DNA of 64,000 bases from an uncultured Candidatus Saccharibacteria bacterium (GTDB lineage Bacteria; Patescibacteriota; Saccharimonadia; Saccharimonadales; JAUPVS01). A program made the translations under genes and the position numbers. Every line of letters begins with the position of its first letter. Within the stretch, counting starts at the first letter, position 1. Under the pieces are notes generated by a model. The model did not search any database. It had not been told where the DNA came from and saw only the letters and a program-made list of their open reading frames with translations. The stretch covers positions 8,451-72,450 of the forward strand of contig CAZVKH010000001.1 of NCBI GenBank assembly GCA_964627095.1, written 5' to 3'. Shown here one piece after another: positions 36,021-46,896 of the stretch.

Positions 36021-37784
36021 AACAGTGAAGGCTTCGGCCGGGATATCAACTTTACCAAAGCGTTTCATGCGCTTCTTTCCCTTAGCCTGTTTGGCCAGCA
36101 CCTTCTTTTTGCGCGATACGTCACCGCCATACAAACCAGTCGTGACGTCTTTACGGAAGGCGCTGATGTCTTCGCGGGCGATAAACTTACCGCCAATAGC
36201 AGCCTGCAAGGCCACCTGAAAGTTCTGGCGCGGGATAACTTCTTTAAGCTTTTCAACAACTTCCCGACCCAGTCGCTGGGCTTCGCTGCGGTGCACCATA
36301 ATACTTAGGGCGCTGACAATTTCGTTGGCAACATAAAAGTCCAGTCGTACCAGATCTTCGGCCCGGTAGTTGTCTAGCTCGTAGCTAAACGAACCGTAGC
36401 CACTGGTAACGCTCTTGAGCTGATCATAAAAGTCGGTTAGTAGGTTCGCCAAAGGTGCCTCGAATGACACCAATGCCAACTGGGCATCAACGAATGACAG
36501 ATTCTTTTGCTGACCGCGCTTACTAACAATCAGCTGGATAACGGCACCGACATAGTCTTTAGGCACGACAATCTCACCCTTAATCCAAGGTTCGCGAATT
36601 TCGGCTATCTTGGCGGGATCTGGTAAGTCGGCGGCGCTTTTTATACTTAATTCTTCGTCATTTAACAGGGTTATCTGGTAGTCGGTCGAGGGATTGGTTA
36701 CTACCAAGTCAAGATTGTACTCACGCTCCAGGCGTTCGCGCACAATATCCATGTGTAGCAGGCCCAAAAAGCCAACGCGCACGCCAAAACCCAACACCGG
36801 TGAGTTTTCGAGCTCGAACTGCAAGGCCGAGTCACTTAAACTTAGCTTTTCAATGGCATCTTTGAGCTCTTGGTAGTATTCGTTCGACTCGGGAAAGAAA
36901 CCAGCATACACAAACGGCTTAACGTCTTTATAGCCAGGCAACGATTGTTCGGCCGGACGTTTAGTTAGCGTAACGGTATCACCAACGCGGGCTTCACGCG
37001 TGCTCTTGAGGTTGGTAACGATGTAGCCAATCTCGCCGACTTCGAGCTGCTTATTGGGAGTCATCCCTGGAGTTAGAGCGCCGACTTCGAGGGCAATGCC
37101 TTCAGCGCCGGTGGCCATCATGGTAATTGGGGCGTTCTTAGCAACGTCGCCGTCGACTAGACGAACATACAAGATGACACCGCGGTAGTCATCGTAGTAG
37201 CTATCAAAAATTAAGGCCCGGGTGGAGTCGGTCATGCCGCCGACGGGTGCCGGTACTTCTTCGATAACCTTTTGTAAAACGGCTTCGACACCTTGGCCGG
37301 TTTTGGCCGAAATATGCAAAATCTCTTCGGCTGTGCAGCCCAATAGCGCAATAACTTCGGCGCTCACCCGATCCACGTCAGCCGCTGGTAGATCAATTTT
37401 GTTAAGTACCGGGATAATCTTGAGGTCGGCCGCCATAGCCAAATAGACGTTGGCCAGTGTTTGCGCCTGGATACCCTGGCTAGCATCAACCACCAGAATC
37501 GCCCCTTCGCAGGCTTCGAGGCTGCGCGAAACTTCGTAACTAAAGTCAACGTGCCCAGGAGTGTCGATGAGGTTAAGCTGGTAGCCCTGATAGTTCATCC
37601 GCACTGGGGCCAGCTTAATGGTAATACCCTTTTCTCTTTCTAGGTCCATCTTATCGAGTAACTGGGCTTTCATAGCCCGCTTCTCGACCGTTCCGGTCAA
37701 TTCCAATAGACGATCGGCCAAGGTCGATTTACCGTGGTCAATATGGGCAATTATGCAAAAGTTTCTAATCTGTTCTTGATCCAT
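36003..37784 (-). CDS. lepA: elongation factor 4 (LepA)
   Basis: IAHIDHGKST G1 motif, DTPGHVDF, and LepA-specific C-terminal domain conservation. Confidence 0.95.
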   Translation of the reverse strand: MDQEQIRNFCIIAHIDHGKSTLADRLLELTGTVEKRAMKAQLLDKMDLEREKGITIKLAPVRMNYQGYQLNLIDTPGHVDFSYEVSRSLEACEGAILVVDASQGIQAQTLANVYLAMAADLKIIPVLNKIDLPAADVDRVSAEVIALLGCTAEEILHISAKTGQGVEAVLQKVIEEVPAPVGGMTDSTRALIFDSYYDDYRGVILYVRLVDGDVAKNAPITMMATGAEGIALEVGALTPGMTPNKQLEVGEIGYIVTNLKSTREARVGDTVTLTKRPAEQSLPGYKDVKPFVYAGFFPESNEYYQELKDAIEKLSLSDSALQFELENSPVLGFGVRVGFLGLLHMDIVRERLEREYNLDLVVTNPSTDYQITLLNDEELSIKSAADLPDPAKIAEIREPWIKGEIVVPKDYVGAVIQLIVSKRGQQKNLSFVDAQLALVSFEAPLANLLTDFYDQLKSVTSGYGSFSYELDNYRAEDLVRLDFYVANEIVSALSIMVHRSEAQRLGREVVEKLKEVIPRQNFQVALQAAIGGKFIAREDISAFRKDVTTGLYGGDVSRKKKVLAKQAKGKKRMKRFGKVDIPAEAFTVLLKRD

Positions 37785-37826
37785 TTGTCTTGCAGTATAA
37801 CAGAGGTCAACAGATATGGGTACTGT

Positions 37827-39416
37827 CTACTGGATTTTGACCGTACCTAGAACTATCTTTTTGGCCTTATCAACAATTGGCCGAACTTCTTCCAATCCGA
37901 ATATCCAAGAAACCGTGATGTGAACCATTAATGTAACTAATGAAATTGTTCCAAGCTTAACACCAAGCGTCACAAAACCTCGGTCTACTGTGGTTAACGG
38001 CAGTAGCGATATCATCATAAAGGCGGCTACCAGCGAGAATCCAGTGACGGCAATGATTTTGAAAATACCACCCCAGAAGTATTTATCAATAAGTTTTGGA
38101 TCACGCACCACCATCACCACAAATAGCAGCGCTACCTCGGCAGTTGCCACAATCGACTGAGCCAGAGCCAGGCCGGAAACCCCGTAAGAATCGTTGCGAG
38201 CCAGCGTAAAGGCTAGATATATGTTAAGTGCGATGGCGGCAATCGAACCAAGCAGCGGCGTTACCGTGTCCTTCTGAGCATAGAAGTATCGCGATACCAT
38301 GGCATAGATTGATCTAAAGAAGATGGCAACAACCAAGAAGCCAAAAATCAGGGCCACTTGTGGTGCCAGATTACCAAATATCAGACGCGCCAAGTAACCA
38401 CGCGCAAAGTAAGCTACAACGCAGACCGGCATCAGCAGCCAAATCATGGTACGCAAAATGCTGAGGAAGTCTTTACGGAATAGGTCAGGGCGGCCTTGAG
38501 CCAGGCGTTCGTTTAAACGCGGAAAGGCAGCGGTGGCGATTGAACTACCCAGCAGCATGATTGGCACGTTCATAAGGGTAACAGCATAGCTATAGTTACT
38601 AATTGAACCAATCCCTAGGTTATTGGCGCGGTTCAGCTCAACAACAGTATTAACCTGGTCGATACCTTGGTCCAGAGATCTGGGTGGCAGCTGCCGTAAA
38701 ACATGCCGAAAATCATTGTTCTTAAAGAATATTTTGGGAGTGTACTTAAATTTAAGTCCCGCCATACCCATCCAAGAAACGATCAGTTGTAATATACCAC
38801 CAATTACAGCGCCGACGGCCAGGCCAACGATACCCATACTATCTTTAAATATGTAGATACTCGCAATCACCGAAGCGTTATAGATAAGTGGGCCTATTGC
38901 GTAGAAGAAGAAACGACCAAAGGTCTGCTGCACGCTAGTGACGATTCCAGCCAGAGTAAAGAATAATGGGTTCAACGAAATTAGCCGCAGCATTAGTACG
39001 GCTTCGTTCAAGTTTTGCTCAGGTAATTTTGGATAGAGCGCGCTGATGAGTGGCTGGGCAAACACGAACAGAATCACCGCCACGATTACCATGGCGATGG
39101 TTAGTAAGTTTATGATGCTGCTTGTTATTGCCCACAAGTGCTTCTTGTCGCCAGCCTCGAGCCGTTCGGCCAAAACCGGCATAAAGGCCACACCCAAAGC
39201 ACCTGCGGCAATAGTGTAAAAGAAGAAATCTGGAATCTGGAAGGCCGCAAAGAAAGCATCGGTTGAGCCAATTTGTGACGGTGCATTCCAGTTGGCGCTA
39301 ACTAACCGGTTGCGCAAGAAACCAAGTAATTGACCAGCCAGAGTAACCACGAATAGCAATGTGGCGGCACTGCCAAAGCTAACGCGCGAGTTGGCACGGT
39401 TCTTGAGTTTATTCAT
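37827..39416 (-). CDS. murJ: lipid II flippase MurJ
   Basis: 14-TM MOP-superfamily pattern. FFAAFQIPDFFFYTIAAGALGVAFMP is typical of the MurJ N-terminus. Confidence 0.85.
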   Translation of the reverse strand: MNKLKNRANSRVSFGSAATLLFVVTLAGQLLGFLRNRLVSANWNAPSQIGSTDAFFAAFQIPDFFFYTIAAGALGVAFMPVLAERLEAGDKKHLWAITSSIINLLTIAMVIVAVILFVFAQPLISALYPKLPEQNLNEAVLMLRLISLNPLFFTLAGIVTSVQQTFGRFFFYAIGPLIYNASVIASIYIFKDSMGIVGLAVGAVIGGILQLIVSWMGMAGLKFKYTPKIFFKNNDFRHVLRQLPPRSLDQGIDQVNTVVELNRANNLGIGSISNYSYAVTLMNVPIMLLGSSIATAAFPRLNERLAQGRPDLFRKDFLSILRTMIWLLMPVCVVAYFARGYLARLIFGNLAPQVALIFGFLVVAIFFRSIYAMVSRYFYAQKDTVTPLLGSIAAIALNIYLAFTLARNDSYGVSGLALAQSIVATAEVALLFVVMVVRDPKLIDKYFWGGIFKIIAVTGFSLVAAFMMISLLPLTTVDRGFVTLGVKLGTISLVTLMVHITVSWIFGLEEVRPIVDKAKKIVLGTVKIQ

Positions 39417-39419
39417 CGT

Positions 39420-39452
39420 TTCTAATTATAGGTACAAGCGCCCTAATTAGAA
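39420..39452. promoter_or_regulatory. 9-bp inverted repeat TTCTAATTA-N15-TAATTAGAA between ftsH stop and murJ start
   Basis: Read directly. The AT-rich stem makes a poor terminator, so it is a possible protein-binding site. Confidence 0.25.
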
Positions 39453-39472
39453 ACCTTGTTTTTTAGTTGCGG

Positions 39473-41356
39473 CTAGTAAAGAGCGGCTTCGGTAGGCATC
39501 TTAGCGCCTTTTAAGATTTCGATGACTTCGGGGGCATCAACCGTCTCTTTTTCGAGCAAGGCTTTCTTGAGTGCTTCTAGCTTGTCTTTATTTGACTTAA
39601 TGACTAGCTTGGCGCGACGGGCGGCTTCGGATATCAATGACTCAATTTCATCGTCAATAATCTTGGCGGTGTCTTCGGAGTACTGACGTTCGTGCATTAG
39701 TTTGTCCATCATAATACCTTCATCGGTGTGGAAGACTTGGTTGCGCAGCTTACCGCTACCCATACCTTGGTTAACAATCATGTCGCGCGCTAGGTCGGCG
39801 GCGGCTGGGAGGTCTGAACCAGCTCCAGTGGTAACGTGATCAGGCCCGTACATAATTTCTTCGGCAATGCGGCCACCCAACATACGTGCCAGGACGTCTT
39901 TAAATTCAACAATGCTGTGATAACTTTTATCTTCGGGTGGGATAGACCAGGTGACACCGCCGGTACCGCCTCGGGGGATAATCGTGACCTTGTGAATAGG
40001 ATCGCTGTCCGGCAAGATGTGACCGACAATGGCGTGGCCGGCTTCGTGGTAGGCCGTCATTTCTTTTTCTTTTTCGCTCATAATCTTGCTCTTGCGCTCG
40101 GGGCCGATGGCAATCTTTTCAAAGGCACCAGTTACATCGGATTGAGTGATTTCTTTTTTGTTATGGCGGGCAGCCAAAATGGCGGCTTCGTTAGCAATAT
40201 TAGCCAAGTCAGCACCAGACGAACCGGCTGATTTTGCGGCTAGGGCATCGAGGTCAACCGACTTAGACAGTGGTTTCTTTTGGAAATGAACTTTTAGGAT
40301 AGCTTCACGGTCTTTGCGATCGGGCAAACCAATATTAACGCGCCGGTCAAACCGACCAGGTCGTAGAAGAGCTGGGTCAAGTACATCGGCGCGGTTGGTA
40401 GCGGCTAAGACAATGACGTTCTGGCCTTGTTCAAAGCCGTCCATTTCTACCAAGATCTGGTTAAGGGTTTGTTCACGTTCGTCGTGTCCACCACCCATAC
40501 CAGAACCACGCTTACGCCCCACGGCATCAATTTCATCAACAAAGATAATACATGGTGAGTTCTTTTTGGCTTTAGCAAATAAGTCACGGACGCGGCTGGC
40601 ACCGACACCAACAAACATTTCAACAAACTCAGAACCAGAAATACTAAAGAAGGGCACGTTGGCTTCGCCGGCGACAGCTCGGGCCAACATCGTCTTACCG
40701 GTACCAGGAGGCCCCACTAGTAATACGCCCTTAGGAATCTTGGCACCAACGCCTTCGAACTTTTTGGGGAACTTTAGGAATTCGACGACTTCTTCGAGGT
40801 CTTGTTTGGCTTCGTCGCTACCGGCAACTTTTTTAAAAGTTACCTTATCTTTTTCGTTGCCATACAAACGAGCCTTGCTCTTACCAAAGCTCATTGCTTG
40901 GTTACCCTGGCCTTGGGCGCTACGCAACATAAAGAACAGTACACCGCTAATTAATATGACTGGCAATATACCGCTTAATAGTGATACCCACAGGCTACCA
41001 GTATTAGGATCGGGTTGCGGGTTAACGGTTAGGCCTTCGACGTCCTTATTCAGCCCCTGGTCGTAAATGCTTGAGCCGGCTTCTTTATAGGACTGTTCGG
41101 TAGGCTTATCTTGATCTTTCTTAGTGACAAGCACTTCGTTGCCCTTGATAGTTAGCTCTTTAGTTTGGCCGGCATTGGCTTCTTCGACCACCTTAGACAA
41201 GGGAACTTTGGTGAGTTTGCTCGGTTGATTGTAGGCAGCAAAAACTACCATACCAAACAAAATAATTATGGCCACTAAAGCTAGGTTTTTGAGGCCACGC
41301 TTACCGGCGCTCGGCTTTTGGGGGCTACGAGAATTTCGAAAAGGTTTTTTATCCAT
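39473..41356 (-). CDS. ftsH: ATP-dependent zinc metalloprotease FtsH
   Basis: Two N-terminal TM helices, AAA module ([13 protein letters not shown]), second region of homology, and HEAGHA zinc motif. Confidence 0.97.
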   Translation of the reverse strand: MDKKPFRNSRSPQKPSAGKRGLKNLALVAIIILFGMVVFAAYNQPSKLTKVPLSKVVEEANAGQTKELTIKGNEVLVTKKDQDKPTEQSYKEAGSSIYDQGLNKDVEGLTVNPQPDPNTGSLWVSLLSGILPVILISGVLFFMLRSAQGQGNQAMSFGKSKARLYGNEKDKVTFKKVAGSDEAKQDLEEVVEFLKFPKKFEGVGAKIPKGVLLVGPPGTGKTMLARAVAGEANVPFFSISGSEFVEMFVGVGASRVRDLFAKAKKNSPCIIFVDEIDAVGRKRGSGMGGGHDEREQTLNQILVEMDGFEQGQNVIVLAATNRADVLDPALLRPGRFDRRVNIGLPDRKDREAILKVHFQKKPLSKSVDLDALAAKSAGSSGADLANIANEAAILAARHNKKEITQSDVTGAFEKIAIGPERKSKIMSEKEKEMTAYHEAGHAIVGHILPDSDPIHKVTIIPRGGTGGVTWSIPPEDKSYHSIVEFKDVLARMLGGRIAEEIMYGPDHVTTGAGSDLPAAADLARDMIVNQGMGSGKLRNQVFHTDEGIMMDKLMHERQYSEDTAKIIDDEIESLISEAARRAKLVIKSNKDKLEALKKALLEKETVDAPEVIEILKGAKMPTEAALY

Positions 41357-41393
41357 GTACGTATTCTAGTATATCTTCTTGAAAGGCAGAAAT

Positions 41394-42278
41394 CTAGCGG
41401 TCTGGTCGACCGAGTGCTAAGTGCTTAGCTTGAACGTCCAAGTAGTAGCCAGCACTGATATCGGCCCGCTTGTGGGACTGGTAGGTCTTAGCTGCCACCA
41501 CCAAGCGCTCCAGTGTTTTTTTATCAAATTCGACTTGATGTGAGCGCAACCAACTTGCCAAAACCTCTTTGGCAACATTGTGCGGTAAATGCACAAACCA
41601 TGCTCGGTCAATCTTGTCGGTGGCTGGCTGAATATGAAGTTGTACCGCCAGAAGTTGTTCCAACTCTTGGTTGGTGCGATGGGCCGACTGGATGTGGTCT
41701 AAAAGTTGCTGCCGCTGCGCCGCCGTAAACTTGTTGGTAATGTTTTGGCGAACATAGTTACGCAAGTAGGTATCATCCGAATTGGTACTATCTTCGCGCC
41801 ATCTGATATTGTGCGCCTGGGCGTAGTCTTTAATCTGTTGTTTATCGTAACTAAGTAAAGGGCGGACTACAACATCGGTGCTTTTGAGCGAACTTAAACC
41901 CCTGCGGCCAGTTCCGCGCAGCAAGTTAATAATGGCTGTTTCGAGCATATCGTCTTGATGATGAGCGGTAATAATTGACTGAGCGCCAGACGCTTGCCGC
42001 ACCTTATGCAAGAATTCATAACGCGCCCGTCGTGCCAATGCTTCGCTGGCGCCAGCGCCAAGTTCACCCTTGTGGTAGGCAAATGGTATCTGGTGAGAAC
42101 GTGTTACATCCTGGATTAGCAGACGATCCTGATGGGAATCATCACGAATGCCATGGTCAAAATGCGCCACTGTAATGCGTACATCCGGCTGCTGGCGCAG
42201 AATATCAAGTAGTACCATTGAGTCGACACCACCCGAAACAGCTAGCACGTAGTGGCCGCTAGGGACATGAATATTCAT
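41394..42278 (-). CDS. tilS: tRNA(Ile)-lysidine synthetase TilS
   Basis: PP-loop motif SGGVDSM. It sits adjacent to ftsH, as is common. Confidence 0.85.
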   Translation of the reverse strand: MNIHVPSGHYVLAVSGGVDSMVLLDILRQQPDVRITVAHFDHGIRDDSHQDRLLIQDVTRSHQIPFAYHKGELGAGASEALARRARYEFLHKVRQASGAQSIITAHHQDDMLETAIINLLRGTGRRGLSSLKSTDVVVRPLLSYDKQQIKDYAQAHNIRWREDSTNSDDTYLRNYVRQNITNKFTAAQRQQLLDHIQSAHRTNQELEQLLAVQLHIQPATDKIDRAWFVHLPHNVAKEVLASWLRSHQVEFDKKTLERLVVAAKTYQSHKRADISAGYYLDVQAKHLALGRPDR

Positions 42279-42313
42279 ACTCCTATCTTATCAGGTGTGC
42301 TATAATTTGCATT

Positions 42314-42874
42314 ATGTCAGAAATATTGGCTGGATTCGTTGGCAACCCCAGTTCGGGCAAGTCTCGCTTAACCTCGCATTTGTCTACCACACTGGAGATT
42401 CCTCGAGTTACCGGGTCGGACATTATCAAAGGCTGGGCCTTAGAACGTGGCGTGTCTTTAAACAAACGCCCCGACTTTACAGCTTTTCAGCTTAGAATGC
42501 GCCAGGAACTTGGGCCGAATTGTCTAATGCAAGCGATGCTTACTCATCGCAACGAGGCCGGCCTGATTATCGATGGTCTTAGAAACATACAGGACTACAA
42601 TATGTTTAAAGAAGAGGGCGGACTAACTATCGCCACCTGGTGTCCACTAACCGAAAGGTTTAGACGCGCCCAAGAGGATGGCGATCAAAAAAATGCTATT
42701 TGCTCAATCGAACAATTCCAGCAGGCCGAGGCAGTCGAATATGCCGACGCTAGCCTCGTCGGACAGCACACCGTAACAATAATGCAGATGGCCGATGTCT
42801 CAGTTGACGCCTCCAGCCCCCTTGACAGGGTTCGGGCTGAAGTTGAAGCACTCTTGCTAGCATCTGCCAGCTAG
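42314..42874 (+). CDS. P-loop NTPase, nucleoside/nucleotide-kinase-like hypothetical protein
   Basis: GNPSSGKS Walker A. TATAAT lies 7 nt upstream of the start (leaderless layout). Confidence 0.5.
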   Translation: MSEILAGFVGNPSSGKSRLTSHLSTTLEIPRVTGSDIIKGWALERGVSLNKRPDFTAFQLRMRQELGPNCLMQAMLTHRNEAGLIIDGLRNIQDYNMFKEEGGLTIATWCPLTERFRRAQEDGDQKNAICSIEQFQQAEAVEYADASLVGQHTVTIMQMADVSVDASSPLDRVRAEVEALLLASAS

Positions 42875-44172
42875 TTACTTACTTGGCTGGGCGAACTGCC
42901 CCTTGGGTAGACAACCAGATCCTGGCTCGATTTTTCCCAAGCTGCTTGGATCGGCGCCAGTACGCGCCAGCTTTCTAGCACCTCATCACTAGTAGCAAAC
43001 AGGGTGTGGTCGGACTTCATGGCGTCAACAAAGACGCGTTCGTAGGCATCGGCCAGACGGTCTTCAAAATGATGCTTGTAGTGGAAAGATAGCGGGTGCT
43101 GTTCAATTTGCCAGGCATAGCCCGGTTTCTTAACCCACAACCCTACACAAACCGCTTCGTCGGGCTGAATTCGTAGGGTTAGTAAGTTGGCTTCGGTATT
43201 GCCTTCGCCTTTGTAGGCGACACGGATTTCGGTGTAGTCGTCATCCATCGACTTGCCGGTGGTAAGCTTGATTGGCATTCCCTCCCAACGAGGATCTTTG
43301 GACTCCAACTGAACCGAAACAAAAGTTTCGACATTGCTGTCAGGGTTTTTTACTTCATCTTTATAGCCATCGTACTGGGCGCGCACGGCTTTAGTAGCTG
43401 GCACCAATTTTTTAAGTGCCTCGCGGCGTAAGCGCGGAATGCTTTTCCAGTCATCAAGCTTTGGTAGCTCCATAAGAGTTAAGGCAAGGAGTTGCAAAAG
43501 ATGGCTTTGCACCAAGTCACGCAAAGCACCGGTTTGTTCATAAAAGTGAGCCCGGCCTTCTATACCAATCTTTTGGCAGGCCACTACCTCTATATTGGCA
43601 ATGAATTCACTGCTCCAGGTTTGGGCAAAGACCGGATTAGCCGACCGGAAAACTACCAAGTTTTGGGCCATTTCTTTGGCCAGATAATGATCGATTCTAT
43701 AGACCTGGTCTTCTTTAAAATGCTTGTCGAGATCTTTAACCAGCTTTTCTGCCGAAGCCAGGTCGGTTCCAAATGGTTTTTCTAATAACAGCTTGGTGTC
43801 GGTCTTTTCGGCTAGTCCGGTTTGGCCAAGATGCTCAATCACACCCAAGGCGGCACTGGGCGGTACCGACAAATAGAACAGTCGCTGAGCCGAACCACCT
43901 AATGATCGTTCGATACCTTCTAGCTGTGTGGCTAGATTGTGATAATCTTGCTTGCTATCTAGGTCCATCTGACGCAGTTCAAGGTGGTGCTCCCAAAATT
44001 CGTCGGCGTCTGGAGCGACATCAGCTAACTTAAGATGGCGCCGTGATATACCAATGATGCGAAAAGCCTCGGGCAGAGCCTTGGCCTGAGCAATCTCGCG
44101 AATCGCTGGCAGTAACTTGCGCTGAGCCAGATCGCCGCTAATACCAACAATAACTAAAATGGTTGGTTTCAT
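42871..44172 (-). CDS. zwf: glucose-6-phosphate 1-dehydrogenase
   Basis: GISGDLA NADP-binding motif and the RIDHYLAKE catalytic motif. Confidence 0.9.
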   Translation of the reverse strand: MKPTILVIVGISGDLAQRKLLPAIREIAQAKALPEAFRIIGISRRHLKLADVAPDADEFWEHHLELRQMDLDSKQDYHNLATQLEGIERSLGGSAQRLFYLSVPPSAALGVIEHLGQTGLAEKTDTKLLLEKPFGTDLASAEKLVKDLDKHFKEDQVYRIDHYLAKEMAQNLVVFRSANPVFAQTWSSEFIANIEVVACQKIGIEGRAHFYEQTGALRDLVQSHLLQLLALTLMELPKLDDWKSIPRLRREALKKLVPATKAVRAQYDGYKDEVKNPDSNVETFVSVQLESKDPRWEGMPIKLTTGKSMDDDYTEIRVAYKGEGNTEANLLTLRIQPDEAVCVGLWVKKPGYAWQIEQHPLSFHYKHHFEDRLADAYERVFVDAMKSDHTLFATSDEVLESWRVLAPIQAAWEKSSQDLVVYPRGSSPSQVSN

Positions 44173-45071
44173 TTATTTAACTCGTGTCCGCCAAATTTAT
44201 TACGCATCGCCGCGAGTAATTTAGTAGCAAAGTTAGTTTCGCCTTTTTGCGAGGCTAGTCGCACATCAAACGAGGTCTGAATCGCTGGCAGTGGAATACC
44301 CAAATCTTTAGCCGTTTCGAGTGTCCAACGGGCTTCGCCCGACTCGGCCACAAAGCCGTCGATGCCGTCTAGGTTGGGGTTTTCGGCCAAGGCTGCCTGC
44401 GAAAGTTCATTAAGCCAAGACGTTACCACGCTATGGTGCTGCCAAACGTTGCCGGCTGCTGCCAGGTCAAGATCTTTGTAGGCACCTTCTTTAAGCATCC
44501 GGTAGCCTTCGGCCAAACTTTCCATCATGCCGTATTCAACGGCGTTATGGACCATCTTAACGTAGTGACCAGAGCCACTCGGACCAAAATGGAAGTAAGC
44601 GCCTTCTGGTTGCGCTAGGGTTTTAAGGACTGGTTCAATTACAGCCACGCCGGCTTTGTCACCACCGACCATCATCGAAAAGCCGTTTTGGTAACCCCAA
44701 ACGCCACCACTAGTACCAACATCAAGCAATAACGAACCTTGGCTAGCTACTAACTCGGCCCGTTTTTGCGTTAAGCGGAAGTCGGAATTACCACCGTCTA
44801 CCAAGACACTTCCCTTAGGTACCAACTTAAGCCAATCATTAATTGTTTCGTCCATAATCTCGGCCGGTAGCATAATCCACAGCACCACCGGCTCATCACC
44901 AAAGGCAGCCACCACATCTTGTGGGCTCGGGGCAGTAGTTGCACCGTAGCCAACGGCTTCATCAATTGGCCCTTGACTACGATTATGAGCAATTACCTCG
45001 TGACCATTTTCACTTAGCTTGCGAGAAATTTGCATACCCATGCGGCCTAGGCCAGCGATTGCGATTTTCAT
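44169..45071 (-). CDS. gnd: 6-phosphogluconate dehydrogenase (decarboxylating), short Gnd-like form
   Basis: MKIAIAGLGRMGMQI Rossmann motif and a 6PGDH NAD-binding plus C-terminal helical pattern. About 300 aa. Confidence 0.8.
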   Translation of the reverse strand: MKIAIAGLGRMGMQISRKLSENGHEVIAHNRSQGPIDEAVGYGATTAPSPQDVVAAFGDEPVVLWIMLPAEIMDETINDWLKLVPKGSVLVDGGNSDFRLTQKRAELVASQGSLLLDVGTSGGVWGYQNGFSMMVGGDKAGVAVIEPVLKTLAQPEGAYFHFGPSGSGHYVKMVHNAVEYGMMESLAEGYRMLKEGAYKDLDLAAAGNVWQHHSVVTSWLNELSQAALAENPNLDGIDGFVAESGEARWTLETAKDLGIPLPAIQTSFDVRLASQKGETNFATKLLAAMRNKFGGHELNK

Positions 45072-45730
45072 ACGGTGTCTCCTGTTTGGTCATTAAAAAT
45101 TGTGAGCTTGGGAACTTGTTTAAGGGCTTGGGCCGGCTGGTCGGTAATTGGTAAATCTTGCTGAAGTCGCTCTAGTTGAGGAAGCTTGGCCTCGCCCATG
45201 GCATAGACTACGGCCTCACTAAGTGCCGCTATGGCCGGTGCCGTCATGGTAATTCTTTGGTAATCGCCGTTATCAAATGAAGCCGCCCATTCGGTGGCAG
45301 TAACGGCTGGGCTACCCGGAATAATACCGGCGGTGTGGCCATCCGGACCAATCCCAAATAGACCAACACAGTAAGCCGCACCTTGGCAGAATTCTTGAAG
45401 GTGCTGAGCATATTCAGTGGTTGTTTGGCTACGATCATGGCCGTGTAAAACTGGTACGGCGGTGGCGCCTGGCAAGTTAAAGCCAGCGTCTTTGAGCTGC
45501 TGCCAATTAGAATCACTATGCCCCACCGGGCCAAAACGTTCGTCAGTTAAGGTGACGGTAAGATTTTCTAGGTTGGCGTCTTGGAGTCTTTGAGATACCG
45601 CTACGGCTACGGCAATGGCTGATCCACCCGGAACCAACCAAAGCACCTTACCCTCGCCCAGCTTTTGACGAAACACCCCCGCCAGGTAAGTGACAACCGA
45701 TTCATCATTGGTGACTTTGTACAGCTGCAT
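45068..45730 (-). CDS. pgl: 6-phosphogluconolactonase
   Basis: LTDERFGPVGHSDSN and GIGPDGHTAG motifs of the 6PGL/NagB family. Confidence 0.85.
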   Translation of the reverse strand: MQLYKVTNDESVVTYLAGVFRQKLGEGKVLWLVPGGSAIAVAVAVSQRLQDANLENLTVTLTDERFGPVGHSDSNWQQLKDAGFNLPGATAVPVLHGHDRSQTTTEYAQHLQEFCQGAAYCVGLFGIGPDGHTAGIIPGSPAVTATEWAASFDNGDYQRITMTAPAIAALSEAVVYAMGEAKLPQLERLQQDLPITDQPAQALKQVPKLTIFNDQTGDTV

Positions 45731-45758
45731 TGTGTACTCAGTATATTACAATGAGGCT

Positions 45759-46373
45759 ATGAAACTAGCGGTTATTGGGGCAAACGGTAAAACCGGTCGC
45801 GTGTTTGTACGGACCGCCCTAGAATCCGGCCATACTGTTACGGCCGCCGTCCACCGTCACAATTCCCTACCCAGCCATCCAAATCTTGTCATTAGGCAGG
45901 TTGACGCCACCAAGCCGGACGATATGAACGACCTGGTAAACGGTCAAGATGCCGTGATTAGCCTAATCGGTCACGGCTTAAAAACTCCACCCAATGTTCA
46001 GACTGACGCTATCAAGGCGATCGCCAAGGCCATGACTAAAAACCAAAAGCTAATCAGCCTCACCGGCACTGGTGTGCGCCAACCAGGTGACCACATTGCA
46101 ATCTTTGACCGTCTACTAAACGAACCCCTGGCATTAGTTATGAAAACTATGGTTCAGGACGGGCGTAATCACCTGGCCGCCCTGGAACAAAGCCAAGTAG
46201 ATTGGACAGTGCTGCGTGCTCTAAAACTAACCAACCGGCGCAAACATAGCTTTCAGCTGCTAGTAAACGGCCCGGCAAGATTATTTGTGTCACGAGCCAC
46301 CGTGGCTCAGGCCATTCTTGATGTTCTAAAACAAAAAAGTTTCTCGCGCCAAGCACCAATTATTGGCAAATAA
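45759..46373 (+). CDS. NAD(P)H-binding NmrA/SDR-like oxidoreductase
   Basis: MKLAVIGANGKTG Rossmann motif. The true start is later than the listed 45690, which overlaps the pgl start. Confidence 0.6.
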   Translation: MKLAVIGANGKTGRVFVRTALESGHTVTAAVHRHNSLPSHPNLVIRQVDATKPDDMNDLVNGQDAVISLIGHGLKTPPNVQTDAIKAIAKAMTKNQKLISLTGTGVRQPGDHIAIFDRLLNEPLALVMKTMVQDGRNHLAALEQSQVDWTVLRALKLTNRRKHSFQLLVNGPARLFVSRATVAQAILDVLKQKSFSRQAPIIGK

Positions 46374-46390
46374 TCAGGTACACTAAAGCC

Positions 46391-46834
46391 ATGAAAACAA
46401 TCACTATTTGTTCCAGCGCTGCTTTCTACCGTGACGTCATTAAGATTAAAGAAGAGCTGGAAAAGCTTGGTGTACACGTAATAGTGCCCAAGACTGCCCT
46501 GCGCATGCAAAAGAATAATGACTACGAAGTCAGCCACTACAAAACCTGGATGGCCGATGCCAACGACTACCACAAAAAAGCCGAACTAATGATGAGCCAC
46601 TTCGAGGAAATCGATAAAGGTGGTGCTATCTTGGTAGTTAACAACACTAAGCACGGAGTAGAAAACTACATTGGCGGCAACGTTCTAATGGAAATGGCCT
46701 TGGCCTTCTTTCAGAAAAAACCAATCTTTATTCTTCATGACATACCCCATGAATCACCTCTTATCGAAGAAGTCTTGGGGGTTTTACCAATCACACTAAA
46801 GGGCGATATCAAAAGCCTCGTTAAGCAGCTTTAA
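46391..46834 (+). CDS. Rossmann-like protein, possibly nucleoside 2-deoxyribosyltransferase-like
   Basis: MKTITICSSAAFY N-terminus and overall size. Weak assignment. Confidence 0.3.
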   Translation: MKTITICSSAAFYRDVIKIKEELEKLGVHVIVPKTALRMQKNNDYEVSHYKTWMADANDYHKKAELMMSHFEEIDKGGAILVVNNTKHGVENYIGGNVLMEMALAFFQKKPIFILHDIPHESPLIEEVLGVLPITLKGDIKSLVKQL

Positions 46835-46896
46835 CTAAGACCACTGCCAGATTTCCGTCATGCCATCACTATAGCAAATAGGCTATACTGTTAGGA

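Noticed and set aside
40314-41066. 250-aa plus-strand ORF antisense to ftsH (also 39790..40029, 39836..40231)
   Set aside because: They lie inside the unambiguous FtsH CDS and their translations are Pro/Ser/Arg-rich antisense artefacts.
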